Origin: Marsupella aquatica
Lineage: Eukaryota > Plantae > Marchantiophyta
Direction: 5' to 3'
Assembly: GCA_973895155.1 (NCBI GenBank)
Contig: OZ316895.1
Span: 7,118,184-7,182,183 of the forward strand
DNA length: 64,000 nt
This document shows, in pieces, positions 1 through 12,800 of the stretch. Each line of letters starts with the position of its first letter. Positions within the stretch are counted from its first letter, which is position 1. The notes under the pieces were generated by a model, which ran no database searches, was not told where the DNA came from, and worked only from the letters and a program-made list of their open reading frames with translations. The position numbers and the translations under genes were made by a program.

Positions 1-2
1 CC

Positions 3-110
3 ATCAGCAACGCTGCTTTTCCTCAACTCTGTGCACAACTTGAGGCTTCGGTCTCAGATGCCTGGAAAAGTGGCAAGGCTGCTAAAGCACGAGTAGTTTC
101 ACGGAAATAA
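3..110 (+). CDS. possible 3' end of an upstream gene (ISNAAFPQLCAQLEASVSDAWKSGKAAKARVVSRK*)
   Basis: Open frame from the window edge to TAA at 108-110 with protein-like composition; no recognisable motif. Confidence 0.2.
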   Translation: MSNAAFPQLCAQLEASVSDAWKSGKAAKARVVSRK

Positions 111-703
111 TGACAAAGGAACACTTTTCACACAGTCTAGTACGTAGACTCGACTCCAAGACAGACTCTAAGACAGACACCATGAGAAATACTATTTTAT
201 TGTCGTATGATTACGCAGTGAATTCACGCAATACAGCGTCACAAAAGGCCACATTCTCACTTTCTCGGACTGGCGGAATCTGCAAGTCCAATCAAATTCG
301 CCCCAACACGTACAATCGACAGTGTCGCGGACCTTTGTCAAGTCTTCGGGGGTCGATGCGGTCTTTTTTTGCCTTGAAAACCGAAAGCAGGCCCATCGGT
401 CGATGCGGTCTTGGTTTTGTCCAAACTCGTTCCAAGGAAAAAGAAATAGGTGAGCATTGGGTGGTGCATGTCGCTGTGAATGTACTGGTGTAGGTGACGA
501 GATGTGAGTCACTAACGGCGAAGCAGCCAATACCCGTGCGATTGATCGAGCCACCAAAGACCAACGAACTGGCTGTACTTTTGATTGGTCTCAGGACTAC
601 GTTTGGGATTACTTACGCGTGAAGGTTCCTTGAGCTAGACCCGGGTAGCTAGCAAACTGTGCACATTCAACTAATTTCCTGGAACCGGGTGACTGATGTT
701 CCA

Positions 704-710
704 TATATAA
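704..710 (+). promoter_or_regulatory. TATA box of the small-protein gene
   Basis: TATATAA followed by a pyrimidine-rich leader, ~360 bp upstream of ATG 1067. Confidence 0.4.
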
Positions 711-1066
711 GCAGTGCATCGACTGCGCTTGAATTATATCAGCTTCTCCTCATTCTCATTCACGCACCGCTTGCCCATACGATTGCAGCATTCACAACTC
801 TCTCAATTGCAGTTCCTGATTTTCAGTCGCTCAGTCTCTTTGCTCAAACAGTCGTGAAGACTGAGCGGAATTCGTGCAAGAGCGGAATTACGTTGCTGAC
901 TCTGGTGAAGTTCCAAAGCTTTCTCGCATTGCATTACGAAAGTGTGTCAGTCTTCAGAGTGTTTAATTCTTGTAGCCCTTCGAGTTGGTTCTACTACTCC
1001 AACTTCATATTTCTGTCAGTCAGTTTTGATCTCTCAAAAAATACATTCGAGCGTTCCTTGTCGAGA

Positions 1067-1270
1067 ATGGGTTCCTCGGAGAATAATGCTGGTGGTGCAC
1101 CGAAGAGTTCCAAGTGGTATGGTAAACTGATCGGAAACAGCAAGGTGTCGAGTTCAGATGGCGAACCGAAACAAGCAGTGCCTGAGGTGCACAAGGGACG
1201 ATCGGCATCGAAGTCGCCACCTCTCGTCGTGAACTACTTCCCATCCGGCCAGGGGTTACTTCGCCTCTAG
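1067..1270 (+). CDS. 67-aa small Ser/Lys-rich protein ending PLVVNYFPSGQGLLRL
   Basis: Last third of ORF 659..1270 from ATG 1067 (MGSSENN...). The C-terminus resembles, from memory, a P-x-V-V-x-Y-F-P...R-L terminus of uncharacterised small plant proteins. TATA box upstream. Confidence 0.55.
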   Translation: MGSSENNAGGAPKSSKWYGKLIGNSKVSSSDGEPKQAVPEVHKGRSASKSPPLVVNYFPSGQGLLRL

Positions 1271-1490
1271 CTAGATCGATCGATCAAGCATCAGGGATCA
1301 ATGGCTTGCAAATTACTTTTAATTTCAAATTATCGTGCTCGATTGGCTTCTCAATGTGGGATAATCGAGCAGGGTGCTGGCTTCCCGCTGCAAATAGCCC
1401 GAGCTACAGCTAGTTTACGATAGTTGTCTATCGGATTGTCAATGATCTATCTGGACATTTGCAGACCACTCGTCATCATTGAGCGTTGCA

Positions 1491-1660
1491 GCATTCCATC
1501 CAGAAAGGTGGCAAAAGTGACCTTTTGACTGGTGCTGATAGGCGTCTGGGTCAAGAGATTGGTGAGCTACCTGAGCATTCCATCCACAAAGGTGCCAAAA
1601 ATGACCTTTGACTGGTGCTGATAGGCTTTTGGGTCAAGTCCGTCGAGACATTGGTGAGCT
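1491..1660. repeat. imperfect tandem duplication, ~85 bp x2
   Basis: gcattccatcca-aaaggtg...tttgactggtgctgatagg...gggtcaag...attggtgagct occurs at ~1491-1568 and ~1575-1660. Confidence 0.8.
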
Positions 1661-3186
1661 TGAGGTCAATTTCTTCCTTCTGCGCCAGCTCTTGGGCATC
1701 ACAACTAGGGTGAGAAAATGGCCCTGACCAGAAGAGTTGAGAAGATTTGGTCTCATTCGATGGGGCAAAATACAAGCCGGTGTGATACTCGATGTCCCAA
1801 GCCCTGTCTAGGAAGAGATTCAAGTAAGAGTTCCAGGAATCCAGGTGACTTGTGATGCCAGTGTCACAAGTTCAGTTCAAATTGCAAAATTAACTCAATA
1901 TATAGAGACGGGCCGGTCAGATCAGCTGTACAAATGGCTCTTCTATTGTAGTGCATAATGAACTGCTAATTTCCGTAATTTGAGAATTGCAATTGCAAAT
2001 TTTTCAGTGTGAACAGATTCATCATTTGATTTGAACGGCTCCTGTTCATTTTCTACCGTGGGTATCGGACGCCAGATGTCAGTTAATTGCAATTGACTAC
2101 GTGCTCACTCTGTTTCGGAATAAAACAGACCCTATTTCAGTAAGGATATTGAGGCAACCAACACTGGACATTATGAGGAAATCCTTGAGTGGATGGATAG
2201 ACTAAAATTATCACAAATTTAATTTGTACTCTCTGGTGTTGTTGGATTCATACGATAATTATGTAACGCGGAAGAAGGAATTTGCTGAATGCAAGGCACT
2301 GCGGACACAAATGGATGGGTGCTATGCTTTTTGGCACTCTGTTGCACTCTGATACATTGGCATGTTCGGGTCGAATCTTTACCCCTTGTGAACGTTGATC
2401 ACAAGGTAATCTGATCACCCAACAAGATCACATACCTTGGGTATCTGATTGAATCTGATGAATGCTAGTACTGGCCAGTTTTTCCTACTTCGGTGGATAC
2501 CCAATGTATGTGATCTTGTCGTCGTTTCTCGTCAAACCACAGTGCTCAGTATTTCGACTCCTCCACAGATTGCTCTGGCATCGTTGCATTGTAAAATGTG
2601 AAAAGACCTAGGAAGAGCGGAGCGTGCTGATCGAGAGCCACAACGAATTTCAGCGACCATTTGTCTTTGGATGAACCGGAAGCAGTTAGATTTTGAAGTG
2701 ACAATTGATGTTAACCCTCCATCATCGACTGGCAATGGACTCAAACGCTTTCCATAGCGCCCACAAAGAGGCTGTTGGTGCTTAATGGAAAGTGCCCTCA
2801 ATGGCCGTCGAACTCCAAAAGGTGAGAACCAACTGGTGAACTGAGTACACAGTAACCAGTACTGATCTTTGCAATTAACACTCCATGACTGTTGCGACAT
2901 GCCCAAGAGTGTCAACAAGAATCCCAGCCAATATTGAGAGGGTTAAACCCTGCAATCCAATGCCTCCTTTATTTCGTTTGTACCTAGGTGTAAAGGCACG
3001 AATGGATCCTGTTTATTTATCCCTTGAGCGACTTCTTTTCAGTTATGCACCTACTTTGTAGATGCACGTTTCTATGCCTACTTCCAGCATTTCTTTCAAC
3101 ATCACAAGTACGCATAATTAGAAGTCCTACATTTCTTACTTTTTGAATAGACAAGCAGTTGTCTCCCTCGATTACAGAAGGCACAG

Positions 3187-6100
3187 CTAGTATTTGATGA
3201 ATTTGAACAGAGACGACCGTCTTTCATCGGTGGCAGATGAGAGATGCGGGCATCCTCTCAATTTGGCGTACTTTGCCATCTGCAGTTTAGTCCGCAGCAT
3301 GTTGACGAGATTTGGGTAGCGTGCTTGCTTCCGTTTGAGCACCCTGTAAAAGGCTACAAGTGCAAGCCATTCCAGCTCCTTGTAAGGAAAGTATGCCTCA
3401 GCGTCTGCTCCCACACTGTGCATCTTATGTCTTAATAACCCATACATATACCTGCAGAATAGGAGATATGGAACGTTGTCAGATATATATTTGTCAATCA
3501 ACATGTGTGTAAATTTTAAAACGCATAATAAAGCGAGCTCTAAGGGCTCAGAACAAAGCTACGACATGTAGGGTACTGAAGACGCAGATATGAAGATACC
3601 TTATAGCACAATCAAGTGCTTTGTAGAGAAATGGCTCATTGATCCCAGTTACACGAGGTAAGCAGCAGACATATGCATGGAATTTCATTGCGCAAAGCAG
3701 GAATGCTTGGAAGGCATTGAGTCTTATTGTTGCAGGGGAGTTTATTCGGGGGTCAAAAAACAATGCATGGCATTTAGGCCGCATATACTGGCACATTTTT
3801 AAGACCAGCTGCCAACCCTGGTTCTTCTCCCTTCTCACTGTCAATGCTGATCTGATGTGCTCCCCACAATACCTGCGACGTATGGAGAGACGTTTTAAGC
3901 TCCTCGAACTAATGGAGCTAAACTCCACATATCATGACGTCACGAATGAAGCACCAATATAAATAAGGCTAGGATCTCATGACATCACCAACATGTAAGT
4001 AGTCAGCTAGCTGCTGGAACCTCGACTTTTATGGCCATGCAATAACCTATGTTGGACAGCCAATGCAATGAGCAGGATGACCGAACCTTGTGTAGTCTGC
4101 TTGGAACTCCAGGGTAAAGCAGTTGATGAGAAGGCCACTCCACCGCATAAAGCAAGCACCGTCCTCACTTTTATATACTTTCCTTGGTAAAACCTCGTTC
4201 CCTAGCTGCAAACGGAAGCTGGTGGCTGTCTTCCTCTTATTGGCTTGGCAGCCATACTCTTTGCAACCCCTGTGCATGCTTTCAACGAAAAGCTTTGCTC
4301 CACGTTCAGATGTAGAAATGAAGAGCGAGTCATCGATTAGTCTCAACAGCACAGAATCCCTTTCAAAGGTTCCAGTTTTTTCACAGCCCTCATCACAAAC
4401 GGAAGTCAAGTTGTTGTCTTGAAGCCTAGAATGATCACTTTCAGGATTCGCTTCGTTACAGACAGACGGATTACTTTCCACAAAACCATCCTGACCTGTA
4501 TCTGATACCTCCAAAGATAATCCTAGCATTTTCTCGATGTCAGCACATTCATGAAACCGTGCGGCGCTGGCAATGGATGATGTCAAGCATGGGCCCCTCT
4601 CAGCAATCCCCCCGTTCGTCTCACGAAGTTCAGAGATTGTATCGAGTGAATGATTGGAGGTTTCAGTTGCGTGAGATTGCATAACAGGAAGGAGGCTGTG
4701 CACTTCAAAATGACCATAGAACAGTGAACACAATAGAGATGACAAAATACTGCCCTGGGGTATACCAACTTTTTGCTGATAATAATGCGAACCAATCTGT
4801 ACAATGTTCTCTTTCACATGTTCTCCCAACATGGCTAGAACATGATCACGCCGCACACTGGTACTGAACGCCTAGACCAAGTAACAAGTACAAATTCAGT
4901 ACATCCGTCACAAGAAGTTATTCACAAAGTTCTAAGTCAAAACTTGCTGGGTTCTCACTTTTCCCCTGGGTACGTCTACAGATAGGATTTCGTAGTGAAG
5001 AGGAACATGAGGTCGGAAACCAGTACTTTTAAAGAAGCACCAGACACGACCCTTCTACCATGAAAGTCCTTGCCTGGATCGCAGGACAATTATTGGAATT
5101 TGTTTTGAAGGGCAATTGAGGAGGGGAACCATGAGTGAGTGGGGAGAATCAAACTTCAAATTCAAGGGTGTCGTCATTATACTTGTCATCCAAAGATCTG
5201 GCAAATGAAGGTTGCAGTAAGGACTGGTGTAGGTATAGAGCGGAATGGCAGAGAAAGTACCTTGTCTACGAAGATGCAGTGAGACCGCTTGGTGGCGAGG
5301 TGGCGTACTTTATCAACGAATTTCTCAGGCTCGTCTGCCGGTCTGCATGTTCTACCATGCGAGACTCTGACTGAGGCTAGAGTTGGAGTAATACAAGTGT
5401 ATCTTGCTACCTTGTAATTTGAGCTGTGCACAAAACTTTCCGCTATGTCTTGCAATTTCTCCTGCGGAATGTTTTCATAAGCCTTGGTCATATCACAGAC
5501 AGCCATGAACAGGCGTGACATTCCATTGGGAGACTCCTTCAGTTGCATAATGAAGGGGAGGACCTTTCTATGGACATCGCAATATCCAAACACAGAAGAT
5601 CCCAAATCCTCAGGGTGTGCATCTTTTTCAAGTTTCAAGCAGCAATGGGCGTCTCTCAGCACAGAGTTAATCGACCTGAAAGAAAAACTTAGACTTTTCT
5701 TGGATCTCTTCTGGAGTTTACGAGAATCTAGAGCACTTAATGAACTTCTCTTCTTGTTAGCTCGGGGTGACGATGATGAACCGTTCGTAGCTGCTGAATT
5801 CAAGGACAAACCCACCAAAAGCTCCTTTTCCCCAACTGCAAACCTCTCAGCAGAGGTTGAAGAGGATGCTTCACAGAGTACCCCAGCGGCGGACTGGGAC
5901 AGGTTACTCACAATTGAAGACAAAACTTTGCCACGACTGTCGGAGCACGCACCCGCTGAGAGTTCCCTTGAAATGTTTTCAAATACCTGGCACAAAGTGG
6001 CCTTTCGCTTAGTTAGCATGCTAAACTTTAGAGTACCTTGGGACGAAGCTGCAAGATTTGCAATGGGCCGCAGACCGTTCTTTTTAGGCAAAAGTCGGAT

Positions 6101-9100
6101 CTGAGAGAAACCGAGTACTCTTGAATTCAAAATCTGCGCTAATGCCGGCCTGCTCAACTTCTTATAATTTTTGCTCGTCAGCTCTCTCATCCCACTTAAA
6201 CGGATCCTCGCCCACACAGGCTTCCGATAGTAGAATACGTTTTGCCTGTGATTCTCATTTTCGGTGACATAAAAATGAGCACGTATGAGGGGTACAACAA
6301 GACTTGTAAATAGCCAGTACAGCCACAATTCCAACCTTCTCTGCTGCAAGGCCCTTTCTTCAACGGTGGCTCTTCCTGAAGGCATTTCTGGCATGGTATT
6401 GTCCTGACTACACTGGAAAGCTAGCCATGAAAAGCTTGATAGCCGTAATTTGAAGAGTGCGTGCATAACGTTAAACTTCTCGTGCCTACGCAGACCTACA
6501 AAATGAGCAATAATGCCCCGCAAGGCTCTCCAGCTCCGCAAACAACCCAGCATTTGTTGAGGTATGATACTTCGACAGACAGCCCATAAGAATCCCACTA
6601 CCTTGCTGTGCATGGTGTAGCATGATATCAGTTCGGCTTGTTTGTTTTTCTCAATTACCGGTTTATCATCCAATGAGGGTTTAAATGCCTCCTCTGGTTC
6701 GGTCAGTTCAAGAGAACTTGTAAATGTTTGTTGAGAAATGGAACTGAATTCCCTCCTTTCCGCAACTATTTTTGAGGGACTCGTCCTCTTTGTCTCCGAG
6801 AGTGTTGCCATTGTTCTTTCCCTTTGTGGATAGTTTTGGCCCAGCAATAGGCTCATGATCTCCTGTACTGCAGGCGCAGGACCTTGAGACGAAAGTTCTT
6901 CTTTCTTATCTTCATGCATGTCCTTGCCAAGTTCGCCATTCGTCGTTTCAGTCTTTAGAGTCTAGCGAGCATATTCAAAGGGACCTCTCAGTACGCCAGG
7001 TAGAGCACCAGTAACATGGTAGCAAAATATGACTCTAGCTCATTGTCAGGAATGTTAACTGATGAACTGTTCCAAAATGATGAGAATACACATAGAATAC
7101 ACGGTACGATAAGGTGATTCGATGTAAATAAGGAATACCATACTTTCATATTAACCGACATTACATACTGTAGAATCAAGCTCGATAACAAAAGGACAGA
7201 AACGAACAGAAAACTTTTCAAAGTTCGGAATTTCGGTGGCTGTTTATACCTGTGATTCTGACAAAAGAGCAGAAGCAGGGGGAGAATCGTTTTGGATCGA
7301 GTGGAAACCGTCAGGAAGTGGACAGTGACGGCCAAGCAGACGAGAAAATGCACAACGCCTGGCCTTTGAAAGTAGTTCTTGTAGCAGCTTGTGAACGGAC
7401 CTGAATTGACTGCTCCGTCTAAAGAACCCACCAATGGATGAGTTTCAAGGCTTCTCAGATTTCAAACTTCTCAACACATCACTAGAAGCCCACAGAAAAC
7501 CCACCTATGAGCTAATTTCATGAGAATCGACTACTCATCAACAGCATTGTACTTGGAACGGGCCTATCCTACTAATAAAGAACTCATTGATGGGTGTTTA
7601 AGGATGCCAGACGCAATTGAAAATGCCATTGATAAATGGATAATGCATTCATTGCCCTTACCAAACATGTTCAAGCAAGGAAATATTGCACCTACCCAGA
7701 CTTAATTTTTGACATGCTATTGATTGCATGCATATGGCCCCCTGAGACACAACATTCTAAAACCTTGCAGTGATCTCCAAAAATAGTAGAGAACAGACGA
7801 GCCACTCCAGTCTCGTCTGGCTTAGAAGTATTGAGAATATCTTGATTGCAGTCAAGCCAGCACAAGATCACTTTGCCTTAAGCCTTCAAATACTAAGAAA
7901 TAACACGAAGTCGCAAGTGCTGTAAAGTCATCCATCAAAACAAATATCTTGTCCCATTTTGTGATATTTCAATGCAGCTCTTGATAAACAGGTGAAGGAT
8001 ACGCTTAGCAGGTAAGCCAGGATGGCAAGAATAGTTAGAGTTGTAGAATATCGGAGCACGATCGATTAGCCTTTCAGGCTCGGCACCAGTTGTTCTCGTA
8101 CCGTACCGGAACCTCTTTCTTTGCGGTGTATCTTCAGGAGCCCGACGTCCAAAGCTTGTTCCACCAGTAAGTTCCGCACACGGAAGACGGCAGCCAGCGT
8201 CTGACTTGTCTGAGACCTGGAGCGGATGGAACCCCTGTGGATGTAAATGTGATTCTTCCTTGCCCGTCTTTGTGATCACTTCTTCCACCTTTGCAGCAGG
8301 CTTCTGTAGCTGAGAGATCTCGACCTGTGTTGCAATCCCTGACTGACCTCCGCAACTTTGAAGGGGTGGATCTGCTTGGAAAAGAGATGGATGCAAGAAA
8401 TCTTTCAGAGCTTTAGTTCATGTTCTGACGAAGTTTAGACTTCATTGGAGGAAGCAGTTCTCTGTTTCAGAAGAGACTCCGTTCTAACAAAGTGGGCAAG
8501 AAATATACTTTCAAAGTAAAAGAAAGTCCACAAATCTTCCCATGAGTAACGGCCTACTCCAAACATTTAGCAAGTTGTGTGATACAAACTGAAGAGCACC
8601 AAGACAGAAACCACCAACGGATTAAAATATAATCGATGTCCATAAACATGCAACATGTAGCACGTTTTGCTGTGTCAAGTGGAGAGATGTGACTGCATGC
8701 AAATTCGAAGCATACACTCCTGTATATTAACACTACGATTACGGTAGCCTGTGCAGAACTGATGATGGGTCAAGCTTATGGACTTTCTGTCGATGTGGGC
8801 TTTACCTTTCTGAACCAATTCTTGGCAGGATTCTTGCGCTTGTCGCAGTTTCCTCCGCTTCCAACTGGGCAACCTTACTCGTTTCTTTGAACTGGAACTA
8901 CCTTCAACTTTTGATGGGGAAGCACAAGTATCTTCACCCGAACGACTATCCCTCCGGGCATGATTTGAAAGATGTGAGGAGGCTGTCTCGTATTTCAAAA
9001 TCCCTCCTTCCAGCTCCATGCAGCTTTCGGTACTCTTCTTCGTAATCTTGCCGCGCTCCATAACCGGATGTACCATGCCTTTAACATCAGCTGATACCTG

Positions 9101-11525
9101 ATCTGGTATCCTGTTCAGGGTATTCTCCACCGGAGAAAATCTGTCTATTTCAATCTTTTGATTCAACTTCCGTCTCTTCCTGGAATCATATGACGGAGGA
9201 TTCCCGTCGTCATCGAGCAGTCCTTTGTTTTGAACTGAATATTCAACAGTAGCTCCTTGTGGAGCTCTCCTCGAACACAAGTTTTGAAGATTAGATTCTG
9301 AACACGTCGCTGGCAAGTCTTGCTGAGAATTGTTACCAGACTGGAAAGTAGCATCTTTGGATGTGTCCACCTCGTCAAGTCTCACAATCTCACCATTCTG
9401 AAATATATTTCCCCCAGATCCGCGCCTTTGCCTTTTACTACCGATCTTACGCTTGCTTGGATCATACTGTTCGCTGTATCCATCAAGGACATCCGTCTTC
9501 AGTCCAGATTCAGCACTTTCCGTCCTGTGTCTCTTCAGGGAAGGTGAAAGAGTGAAGTTGGATGTTTGATTCCTGACAACCCCTGTGAATTTCTGCCAAG
9601 ACAATTCTCAATTTCCAGGATAGGCCTGCTTTGACTTATCGGCAGGGGAGGTAGTGTCATCAACCAAGGGTTCTTCAGAGGAATATAAGAAATTTTTTCC
9701 TAGAGTAGTAACTTGCAAATCCATTACAAAGTTTCCAAAGTCTCTGCACTCTCACCTAGTTTTCGTGCTGGTTGCTTCTCTTCATCTTTGACAAGATGAG
9801 AGTGTAAATTTCTCCCCACCTGTTTGTGCTGGCGCGTGCAGGATTTGGACGTCCAATTCTTACGGACAACAGCACCAAGCATTCTCTCTCCAGGATGTAG
9901 GGATAGAGACCTCCTAGGCATTGGTACAACACAACTTGTCGGGCCTCCTGACACTTGAAGAAAGCATTTGTTGGGCAAAGGAGAGAAAACAGCTGCATAA
10001 GTTAGTAGATGCAGCATGATCAAGTCTCCTACCTGCACACCAATCACAAGAACATTTATTAAATAATCTTAAAGCCCATGGGTTTCCAAACAGGGCCAAG
10101 GGTTGCTAATCATGGGAATTCAAATATATCAGAGTATGGTTTACCTGCATGAAAAGAAAGGACTAGTTTGAAAATGCAGTACTGTACTAAAAACAGGCTT
10201 CACGAGTTCTGAGAATTACCCGGGAAAGTAGCATCGTCCAGCTTGGAGAGTTTACAATATCCACTGAAGCGTTCTCACATACACATTCGAGTCCAGGTGG
10301 AGAGCGCCGCTGGCCAGAGTCGACTACTGACGGTCGCAACTGTAAAATTGAAGAAATCGGGTGAAGTCAACAAAGGCGTCTTCACCATAATATTCGTAAG
10401 TTGTTTTCTACCGGATCGTTGCTTTAATTGAGTGAAACACTACATATGCAACGTCCTTAAAGCATCATCTAACCCGATTTGATCGAACGAATAGTATAGG
10501 TTGACATTTCTAAACTTGTTGCATGGTGCAATCCAAAAGTTGTCTGCTACTGGTATTGTTTTTATTTCAGACAGACGAAATAGCAACGCCCTGTCTCCGA
10601 TGCATCTTAAGATTAAAGATTCTTGGGAAGCTCATGGGATTAACGAAGATACTTCCAAATGCCGTTTCGTCACGTAGGTAAAGAATGAGGTAAACTACAG
10701 ATCAGCGTAACAAAGCTCGGGGAAACCTGTACACCTGAAGACAGAGGAACACTGACCTTTCGATAGCCTGAGCAGAGGACGTGAGAGGGTTTATCCTCTT
10801 GTTGAAATTTCAGGACTATGACTCTGTCCACGATCTGCAACACTTCCATCAACAGAATGTTGAACTATAAGACATAATCTCACAAATTAAGTTATGTACG
10901 GGACAATTGCGAATCCCTGTTACGCGAAAAATCGGTGAACTGGCGAATGCGTACTTGGTGACCGACAGAGTTGGCGAATTGTCGTAACAAAGAGTACTGG
11001 GAGCTGTCAGTTCCAGTGACTTTAAAATGGCTTTTATGGGAACACTCAAGAAAATGAAATATCACCATTTCTGAACAATAGCTACACAGCACGCTTCCAT
11101 TAGTCCATTCACGCCAATCACTCATCACCAATGATTAGCATTTGTCAAATTCGCATGGGCATTTGCAAAGTGAGAAGCTGAGTCACAGAGAAGCGGTTAG
11201 GCTCAAATAGAAGCTGTGGACATGCCTGTTCTTGCGTCCAACGCTGCTCAAATGAGACATGGCCCAGACTTGGCACCGTCTCCGGCATCACAGCGTAGCT
11301 GTTTTTCAGAAGAACGCAGTACTCCGGAGGATCTCCATCTCCTATCAGTCTCTCCGCAGCTTGCTTACGCAACTCTGCAGCTCGCAGCCGACAGTCGCCA
11401 CCACATCCACCGCTCTCATCACTCAAATGCAACGATTTGGTGATCAGATCGAACAGTAGATCATAGAATGTCTGCAGTTCATTCGTGTACAGATTGGAGA
11501 GGACTCGTGGTGGCCAGTCCGTCAT
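3187..11525 (-). CDS. TERT: telomerase reverse transcriptase, 12 exons, ~1735 aa
   Basis: Exons (-): 11525-11226, 10834-10757, 10339-10220, 10032-9820, 9592-8806, 8374-8003, 7840-7696, 7418-7250, 6961-5261, 4871-4087, 3872-3600, 3451-3187; phases are consistent and total 5208 nt. Motifs: TEN/GQ (SWTMLLSR-VGDLIMLHLL...FLQVSG), HILNTSKP..IFG, CP (LLGRHCP), QFP (VVGFLWAVCRSIIP), T (FYVTENENHRQNVFYYRKPVW), 1/2 (IRLLPKKNGLRPIAN), A (VCDMTKAYENIPQEKL), B' (GIPQGSILSSLLCSLFYG), C (LLRLIDDSLFIS), E (WSGLLIN), CTE. Exon 4/5/6 boundaries in the variable linker are least certain. Confidence 0.97.
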
Positions 11526-12069
11526 TGCAACAAGAAACAGAGGCCACTCTTCCTCAATTAAGTCCACATCAATCTCCTCCACAGCAGAATAAGCTCTTGC
11601 AGCAGCATTCTCGTTGACAGGACAGGTTCTTTGGGATTCGCAAATTGGAGGCTCTTCCGTAAATCTCTTCGAAGAGATTGCTCTGAAGTGCAGTCCTCGA
11701 GAATGATGAAGCAGCGGAGACGAATTCTACCAGTGTCTCGACGAAGACGTCGAGTTTTCGAACAAAAAAGCCTCAGTCTCATCTGATCACAACGAGTGAA
11801 CCACTTCACCAAAGAAGGGCCCAAAAGAAGCAAAAGAAGCAAAAGAAGCGAAATACAGAGGAGAGTTATGACAGAAAGGACTCTCTCTCATCAACGGTGA
11901 GGCAGCGGCTCAACAGCTACATTGCTACATTCACCTTTCAACGTTCATACTTTGAAAGCTGATGATTCTCTCAACGATCAGCGTTCCTTGTGGAGGAAGG
12001 ATAGTTCTGGGCGGGAAGAAACTTTAAAAGTACATCATGCATTTCGTGAAGTTTCCCTTTTGCTCTAGA

Positions 12070-12800
12070 GGGCTTTGGTGCTCTTCACTCACCTTTGACA
12101 AGTTCATTTGGGTTTGTGTTCCTTTGGGTTTGTGTTCCTTTGGGTTTGGTCTGTGCATTTTTCTGTATTGAGCTTGAGGCGTCATTTTCTTGTTTCTGTC
12201 CTTGTGGCCTTCTTTAAATAGAGTATTTCTCTAAATAGAGGGTGTTTGTGCACGCACCTTTGACAAGTTGATTTGGGTTTGTGTTCCTTTGGGTTTGGTT
12301 TGTGGGTTTATGTGTATTGAGCTGAGGCCTCGTTTTCTTGTTTCTGCCTCATTTCCTTATTTCTGTCCTCGTGGCCTTCTTTAAATAGAGGGTGTTGGCC
12401 TTCTCTAAATAGAGGGTGTTTGTGCACTCACCTTTGACAAGTTGATTTGGGTTTGTGTTCCTTTTGGTTTGGTTTGTGCATTTTTGTGTATTGAGCTGAG
12501 GCCTCATTTTCTTGTTTCTGTCCTTGAGGCTTTCAATTGCAGCCTTCTTTAAATAGAGGGTGTGTTTGCCTTCTTTAAATAGAGGGGGTGTTTGTGCACT
12601 CACCTTTGACTGGTTGGTTTGAGTTTGTGTTCCTTTGGGTTTGTGTTCCTTTGGGTTTGTGGGTTTGAGGCCCCATTTTCTTGTTTCTGTCCTTGTGGAC
12701 TTCTTTAAATAGAGGGAATTTGTCCTGTTTTTTTAATTAAAGTGAGGCCTTATTCTCTTGTTTTTGTCCTTGTGGCCTTTTTTAAATAGAAGATGTTTGT
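12070..12800. repeat. tandem repeat, ~165-175 bp x ~4, TTTGGG-rich, upstream of TERT
   Basis: The unit marker cacctttgac..tttgggtttgtgttcc...ttttcttgtttctgtcc..ttctttaaatagag recurs at ~12090, 12256, 12429 and 12601. Confidence 0.9.

Noticed and set aside
1352-1362. USE-like ATCCCACATTG (snRNA/TR promoter element) on the - strand
   Set aside because: No proper TATA at Pol II or Pol III spacing and no recognisable snRNA downstream.
5484-6104. 206-aa + strand ORF antisense to TERT exon 9
   Set aside because: Shadow of the TERT reading frame; no independent features.
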